DNA of 56,564 bases, the filler included, from Basidioascus undulatus (Eukaryota): the NCBI GenBank assembly GCA_000826855.1. It is 4 parts of 4 records of this genome, joined end to end, with 100 filler letters (N's around TTAATTAATTAA, not from the genome) between each part and the next. Parts side by side here need not be neighbours in the genome. Positions count along the whole stretch, not along the records: positions 42,540 to 56,564 come from JTLS01000761.1; 3 more parts are not named here. One strand, written 5' to 3'. The position numbers and the translations under genes were made by a program. Below are positions 49,641 to 56,564 of the stretch, in pieces (position 1 is the first letter of the stretch; each line of letters opens with the position of its first letter). The notes below the pieces were generated by a model, which was not told the DNA's origin, did not search any database, and saw only the letters and a program-made list of their open reading frames with translations.

Positions 49641-50164
49641 TCGTCCTGCGCACGCTCTTGGCTTTGAGCCTGCCCCCATGGCCGCCTTCATCCGCAGCCT
49701 CGAAGTCAACGACACAGAGCTTCAGCTGATACGGGACCGTTCCGCTCGCTTCTCCTCTTCCCGTTTTCAACGGAAAAGAGTAAGGCAAGCGACCGGGTCG
49801 CCAATTTCAGCACTGCATGGCAACATCAACGTGACCACGGGTACCGCGCCAACTTAAGCTGGCGTCAGAACCCAATCTTCTCAACGCCCCTACTCTTTAT
49901 GTTGAGCTTGTGAGCAACTCACCGATTGACTTCTAGGGTCCCTCTAATTGGAACTCGCGATCGAGCTGGGCACGAAAGGCGTTGATGTTGCGCCGCTGGG
50001 CAGAAATCGGCGAGCCGGTCGCTTGCCCCCCTCTCCTTCCTTTCAAAGGTGGATGAAGGGGAGGGCGAGTGAACTCTTGGGGATCGCTGTACCGCAAATT
50101 TCGAGGACGCCGAGGAAGGCGGCCATGAGACCAGCTCAGAGGCTCGGGCCGCGTGCAGGAAGAC
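49641..50164. repeat. Imperfect inverted repeat (arms of about 190 nt, spacer of about 150 nt)
   Basis: Shared blocks CATGGCCGCCTTC, GGCAAGCGACCGG.TCGCC.ATTTC and GCAACATCAACG occur in opposite orientation at 49641-49831 and 49980-50164. Confidence 0.7.
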
Positions 50165-50519
50165 GGCTGGCAGCAATGGACTTTTTCTGGTTGACGGTGT
50201 GAGGTAGAGAGGATTACGGAGCGAGTTCCCCGAAGGCGTGTCACGGTGTGAGGGCGGACCGCACCTCTCAGGTAGGATATGTTCTCGCCCTCACTGAGGT
50301 ATTGAATGTTCAGAATGACAAGTATGCGTAAACTTCAAAACTATTCGTCTTCAACGCCCGAAACGCAGGTTTGAGTAGTGTTGGGCCGGCCTGAGTACCA
50401 GCGACGCCCGTCCGTCCAGCTGGTTACACAGTGCATTGGCTGTAATCTTTGCCATCTTGTTTTGAGATAACTGCATTCTGGGCCGCTTGTTTTCATCGAG
50501 CACAATTGTTACCTGAAGT

Positions 50520-51311
50520 TTGTGGTTTGCCGGGCACGCTGCGATGTCTTCGGCGCCTGCACCGGTCCGAGGCAGCCACGGCCTTTGCCTTGCCGGCTCT
50601 TCGCTCACTCGTCCTCAACTGGGAGCTTCTCCATAAAGATGACTACGACGAATATAACGGCGACATGCCGGCATACTCGCGCGCCTGGCGCACACGTCAA
50701 CGGTCGATCTTCTCAGCTCCACCACACCGATTCATCGAGCCCGAAAGGCAGGAAGAAGCAGAAGACATCCTCTCCGGGATATTGAGCTTCCCGCGCACGC
50801 TCAAAACTCTAATTTTCATGGCTGGGACATACTCTTCGAGCTCGACAGCCCTGCCGTGCTGCACGCGCCGCTGGATCCATCGTGCTCGACGCTCATCGAG
50901 CTCTCGCTGCTCAACCGACTTCGACGGCCTCACCTTCCTTGCGGAGTTCACCGCGCTGCGTCGCGTCGATGCCTCCCTCGGCAGAACGCTCGGGGCCATT
51001 TTGGGCTGGGCGCGCTGGGGCACACGCGAGGAGCCGGCGAAATTGCCCTCGGTCGAGGGGCTCGACGTGCATCTCTGTTCGCCCAATTTTGGGGGGCAGC
51101 CCCGAACGAGCTTGCGCAGTACATCGCTAACAGGGACGTCTACGCGCCGAAGATCGAGACGGTCATGTTCTGGACAAGGAGGCAGGATTACGCAAACAAG
51201 GTCCGCGACGCGGTGGATGCAGTGCAGGAGGCGTGCGCTGGGGCGGGTGTGAAGGTGGTCTTTGGTGCGTTGCTCCTCAATGTCTTCTTTCTGTTCTTCG
51301 GGTCTCGCTGA
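50520..51311 (+). pseudogene. F-box/LRR-like pseudogene fragment
   Basis: FALPALRSLVL, PRTLKTLIF, TLIELSL, FTALRRVD, LPSVEGLDV, APKIETVMF. The protein-like reading alternates between two frames about three times without splice signals. Confidence 0.5.
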
Positions 51312-51652
51312 AACTTCTTGGTAATATAGCACGAGAGCCGAAACTCTTTTGATCTTTTGCCGTTCGGGTTGGAGGGCGCGAGCGGATTGGATTGGAATGC
51401 ATGTCTCTTTGGATTGCAAGCGTGTCTGTCATAGCACAGTGCCATTCCATCGCACCCAAAAATGTGAAAGTAGCTTCTGCGAAAACTTATTCACTCAGTG
51501 ACCCTGGCTAAAGCTTGGCTTATGAAGTCTCGGTTGGGTATCTGGCACGGGCTCAACTGAGCAGCATTGGTGGCAGTCACTATTGAAGCATTGGAAAGTA
51601 CTCGACGGGGTAGAAGTGGAACCTGGGTAACTTAGGCGTCGTGCTTTTCAAC

Positions 51653-51725
51653 GGGCATTTGGTGTAGGGGCTATCACATCTCATTCGCATTGAGGGGGTC
51701 CCCGGTTCAATTCCGGGAATGTCCA
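51653..51725 (+). tRNA. tRNA-Ala (CGC)
   Basis: Acceptor GGGCATT/AATGTCC with the G3:U70 Ala identity pair; anticodon arm TCTCA-TTCGCAT-TGAGG; T-arm CCCGG-TTCAATT-CCGGG; TTTT just downstream. Confidence 0.93.
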
Positions 51726-52639
51726 ATTTTGCTTGTTCTTTTGGTTTGTTGGATGCTCCAACGACGTTGTAGGCTCCCAGAAACCCACGAAAGAGCCGCG
51801 AGCTGGAGACAATCAAAGGCCCTATCCAGTTCAACTAGTAGATGGTTGGAGCCCAGTAACTTGTCTGAACACGGCAGAAGTAGACAAAACCATATCGGTG
51901 CTGCGGCGTCAGAACAGCCAATAGAAGCCTATTTATCGGTCAAGATCGACATTACCTGCGAGCCGCAGCTGTGATGCTGTCTCTCAGCTTACACTGTCTG
52001 ATTATCTGATGCCTGTAGAGCTTGGAAATCTGCTGAAGGCTGGTCATTCCGATCCCAGAAACATCTGAGTGATTCAGGAAGGCATCAGGTTTACAACGAA
52101 AGTGTGGAAGGATCCTGGTTCCTCCCGCCATCGAACTCTTATCCTGAAAATCTATACCCCTTTCCTGGTCATGTGTCTACACTGTATGTACTGAAACTCC
52201 CAGCCCAATATGCCTCTTTTCGACCTGAATAATTTGGAACGATGTTGCAGCCTCATGTGAATTTCAGTGGAGTGCCGTTGCGAATTCACGGAACGTGGTC
52301 GGTCCCTACGCCAGCCCTCAGGCATCTTGCCCTCGTTCAGACAGCGTTTGGTACGCCAACTGGGAGCCTCATTGGTTAGCAGCGAGCATTGGCTGAGCCT
52401 CCTCGGTTGTGGCTGTGAAACATGTCGTCTCTTTCTCAGTTTCATGCAAAATATTAAACCGTATGCCATCGAACGGCGCAACAGCCCCAACGCATTCCAT
52501 AGTAGCTGTATCAATGCAAAATGCTCGTTCGTAACTTAGTTCGTCGATCCAGGCGTGTCTCCCCCCACCCCTCTCCCAACCCCGGCAAGCATCCCCCATC
52601 CCTTCCCTCCCTTCCTCCCTCCCTCTCTTCCTGCCTCCC

Positions 52640-55449
52640 TCACTCCAAATCCTCCCCCATTTCGCTCCCCTCCCCGTCCTCGTCCTCCTCCGGTTCGACG
52701 CCCTCCACAATGTCCTTGATGAGCCCGGCGGACTTGGGGTCCAAGTCCTGCGCGATCGCAAAGTGCCGCGCGGCCGCGGGCTTGTCCTCCACCTCGGTGG
52801 AGCGGTAAATCCGCCCGAGCAGGACGTGTACATTCACTTCGTCGGGGGCGGAGTCCTTCAGGCGGAGGAGGTCGCGGAGGGCGGGCTGAGAGGGACGGCG
52901 GGGACGGTCAGCGGGTGCAGCGACGGGCAGGGAAAGGCAGGGAAAAGGCGGGACGCACCTTGTACTGCTTGAGCGCGACGAGCAGCTTCGCACGCCGGTA
53001 AAGGCACAGCGGCGTATCGGGCGCGACCGCGCACGCCTGCTCGTACAGCTCGAGCGCGCCCTGCTTGTCGCCGACGCGCTCCTTGACCTGCGACATCAAG
53101 ACATGACTGCGTCAGTCGAAAATCTTCGAAACAAACCGGCGGGGTTCAACAATGGAAGTACCATGCCGATGCTGCAGAATAGGACCGCGTTCGAAGGGTT
53201 GATCTCCGCGGCCTTGCGAAAGTGGAACTCGGCAAGCTCGAGCTTCGCCTGCTTCAAGTAGACCGAGCCGAGGCCATACCTGTCCCCTTGCAGCGTATCA
53301 GTCCAGCCCCCAGCTGCCTCTCCTCGAAGCGGCCCACATCCCACACTCACCAAGTGTTGTACAGCCTTCGGTCAAGCCTGACGGCGCTCTCAAAGTACCC
53401 GAGCGCGCGGTCCCACTCCTCGCGCGCGACGCACTCGTGCCCGGCGAGGACGTACGCGTACGCGTGATTCGGCTCGGTCTGGACGGCGCGGACGAAGCAC
53501 CGGAGCGCCTCGCCGTGGTCCTTCTGCAGCGAGAAGCTGTTGCCCACCGCGATCCACGCCTGCGGGGACGTCCGGCACGTCGCGAGTAGCTCCTGCGCGA
53601 GGAAGGAGAGCGGGACCGGCCGGTGCATGTGCCAGAGCAGGGTCGAGTACGTGTCCATGTCGGCGAGGCGGTGAGGGGCGAGGGCGCGCGCGGCGGAGAA
53701 GGCGCGCTCGGCCTGTGAGGCTATGTCAGATATCGAGGTTCGCAGCATGGGAAGGTTCCGCAGCGAACCTTCTGATAATCCACCATCTCGAACCACGCCC
53801 GTCCCAGCCAGCACAGCACGCCGACGTTCCTCCCCATCCCTCCCGCCTCGCCCCCCAGCTCCGGACCAACAAGATCCAGCAAGACGTCGACGGTCTCGCT
53901 ACATCTATAGCTGCACAGGGCAGCGTGAGCCTTGCCGAGCACGCGGAGCATGTCCAAGATCCATGCGTCCGCGTCCTCGGTCTCGGCTGCTTCTTCATCG
54001 ACGTCCGAGAGCGGGCCGGAGGACGTGGGGGAGAGGGGCATCGTATCAGCTGGAGGGGTCGGCTTGCGGCGCTTGTCGCGCGTTGGAGGGACCTGCAAAA
54101 GATAACTGTGTGTGTCAGGAGGCAAGCCCGCGTTAAGAAGCGGGGGGAAGGCATACTCTTGATGGAGGTGGTGGGGGAGGAGCAGGTTTCGACACGGAGG
54201 AAGACAGACGAGTGCTTCTCCTCGTGCCCAGCTCCCCAAGTTGCCGCCCATTCTGTTGCGCGCCCTTTCCCACCTGTCAGCACCACTCAAAAGCCCCCCA
54301 TACCCACAAGGACAGCTCACCCGTTTCGTCGGCGCATTCGCATTCACCGTCGACCCAAACGCCACAGCCTTCGCGCCGCCCGCCCGACTGCGCTTCATCG
54401 CGCCCGTGCGCCCCGCGCCCGGATCGAACCGGAAGTTCGGGAAGCTCGTGGAGGGCTCGTCGCCGGTGTAGAACGAGGGGTCCTCGAGCCGCCCGCGCCC
54501 GGCCATGACGGGCGTCTCGACCTGCACGGCCTGGTGGCCTGCGAGGGCGAAGGGCCGCGTGGACGGCCCCGCGTGGGAGGCGACTTCGGGCGTGAAGAAG
54601 CCGAGGCCAGAGGAAGGGGGAGGCGGTTTGGGAAGTACGCCAGTGCCGTTCGCGGGACGGGCAGAGGCCGTGGAGGTTGCGGTGGATGTTGAGGCGGAGC
54701 GTGGTCGAGGTGGGAAGAAGGTGGATGGGGAAGGATCGGAGCCTGGGAGGCATAAAAGAGGTGAGAAGCCAGTCCCCGCTTGGGAGGCAAGAGGGAAGGA
54801 AGTCTGCGAGGGACGCACCGAGAATGCAGAGCCCCTCGAACGCCTCCCAGAGGAACGGGTCGAGCTGGAGCGCAGCGGTAAAGTGTTCCGCGGCCTTCGC
54901 AGGCTCGTTGCCCTTCCGCGCCAGCGTCCCGAGCTTGCACCTCAGCGCGGCCTCCTGCTGCGCCGAACCCATCGCCCGAGCCTCCTCCGCCGCGTCCGGG
55001 TCCAGTTCTACCTCTCCCACCAACCACCCAACTCAGATCAGCCTTCATAACCTCCTTGACCCTCGCACCTCACATTTCAAAGCCGTAAAGACTCAAGACT
55101 CACGCGCTCCCTCCCTGAGGGCCTTGACCGCCCGCTCAGCCGCCTTCGCGCCCTCCCGATTGCGCCCAAGCCGCTCGCACACGTCCGCGAGGAGCGCCCA
55201 CCCGTGCGCGTCCGCGTCCGCGAGCTGCCCGTGCAGGAGGTGGTACGCCTCGTGGGGCTGGTCAGCGCGGAGGAGGGTCTGGGCGTAGAGGACGAGGGAG
55301 GCCGGGGTCGGGTCGAGCGCATGGAGGTGCGACGCGAAGAAGAGCGCGTTGGGCAGGAGTTGCGATGAGAGAGAGCGCGAAACGAGGTGCCGCAGGCGTC
55401 GAGGGGCCGCTGGGGGCGGATTGGAGAGCGCGGAGGAGGAGGTCGCCAT
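52640..55449 (-). CDS. CDC27: Anaphase-promoting complex subunit Cdc27/Apc3 (TPR protein)
   Basis: NALFFASHL, ALQLDPFLWEAFEGLC, MDTYSTLLWH, SPQAWIAVGNSFSLQKDH, YAYVLAGHE, RLYNTW-YGLG, APDEVNVHVLLG; multi-exon. Confidence 0.93.
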
Positions 55450-55914
55450 CGCGGGCGGCGACCTGAAAGAGAGGTGGTAAAGTTGGAGGAGCGGCTTGGA
55501 GCCTCCTAGCGTCTATGCCCGAAAGTGTGGTATGCCTCAGCGCAGATTCGATATTGGGCTGAGGCTGAAAAATAAAGGCCAGCTGGGTGAAAGAAGGCCG
55601 GTGAGCGTGCGTGGGCGAAGGCAAAGAAGCGGAGGGGGTGAATGGATCAACGAGCGGACGCGCGGCAACGCGCGCTGCCAGGCCTCGGGGCTGCTTGCTT
55701 TTCTTTCAACACGATCGGCGGACATCTCTCACAAAATGAAATTGAATCTGCTGCGCCGCTGTCTTTTCCGTGCATGCGAACCAATTGCATTTGGACGATG
55801 CCGTCCAACACTCTTTCACAGGCAAACAAGCACAAAGGATTCGGCAGTAAGTCTTTTGTTTGCTCATCGATCTTCTACATCGTCGCAGTCCCTCCCGAGC
55901 TCCACCCTCGCACA

Positions 55915-56517
55915 TCAAGACACGTCCATCCGCTCGCCTTGCGAACCCGCCGCGACGGCCGCGGGGGTGGCGGTGCCCGTGCCTGGCGTCTCGTCCGACG
56001 GCTTGCCGAGCTCGTACTTGGCCAGAAGCCGGTCGATCTCTTCGGGCTTGAAGATGCGCGGTTTCGGGAGGTCCGTCTTGCGATCGAGGGTGATGATCGC
56101 AAACTCGACTGCAGGTTCCACATGCCCGTAGTCAGCACCATGGGTATGGAGGAACAAGCGCAAGACGGGAGGTGAGAAAAGCGAGGAAGAGGGAGGACAA
56201 CGCACCCTTCTCCGAATCCAGCGTGGTAGCATCTAGCGTCTTGCTCAGCACCCTCGCCGCGAGCTCGACCGCGCCGTACTTGCTCGGCTCGCCCTCCGCA
56301 CCGGGCTCGCCCTCGGCGGGCTTGGGCGCGGGCTCCCAGAGGCCCATGCCGTCCTTGTAGTCCTGCTTGAGCAGGCTCTGCGCCGTCCCGTTGTTGGCGC
56401 CGATGCACGTCGCCTTCCACCCGGAGTAGTTCCCCGACGGGTCCGAGTGGTACAGCTGGAAGCCGTGGTGTGGGTCGTGCCCCGCGTAGAGGAGCGACAC
56501 CCCGAACGGTCGGAGAC
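55915..56517 (-). CDS. PRE9: 20S proteasome subunit alpha-3, 3' part
   Basis: [62 protein letters not shown]. Confidence 0.93.
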
Positions 56518-56564
56518 CTGCAAGAAAGCATCTCCCCGCTCACGTCAGGCTGATTTGAGGGGTG

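Noticed and set aside
42701..56517. Apparent proteostasis cluster (TCP1, CDC27, PRE9)
   Set aside because: Ordinary housekeeping neighbours; no evidence of co-regulation.

Overview
Eukaryotic, intron-rich fungal genomic DNA. Short introns with GTGCGT/GTGAG donors, GCTGAC branch points and GC-rich codons suggest a basidiomycete, probably Pucciniomycotina (inference). The window is four contigs joined by artificial N-TTAATTAATTAA-N linkers (14136-14235, 28306-28405, 42440-42539), so adjacency across those points means nothing. Hand-spliced genes are a nitrilase-family hydrolase, a CYSTM tail-anchored protein, PAF1, a KH-domain RNA-binding protein (3' part), a secreted phytase-like esterase, YAR1, a 2-Cys peroxiredoxin, TRL1, an aldo-keto-reductase-like protein, a Siz/PIAS SUMO E3 ligase, TCP1 (3' part), CDC27 and PRE9 (3' part), plus tRNA-Asp(GTC, with intron) and tRNA-Ala(CGC). 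Between them lie decayed sequences: a KRE6/SKN1 pseudogene, F-box/LRR-like relics, LTR-like repeats and a CpG-depleted tandem array. The most striking observation is that all four canonical zinc ligands of the Siz/PIAS SP-RING are replaced (C>A, H>S, C>D, C>S) in an otherwise conserved domain, giving a U-box-like DPVS motif. This is a candidate zinc-free SUMO ligase. All gene models and family calls were made by eye, with no database searches.
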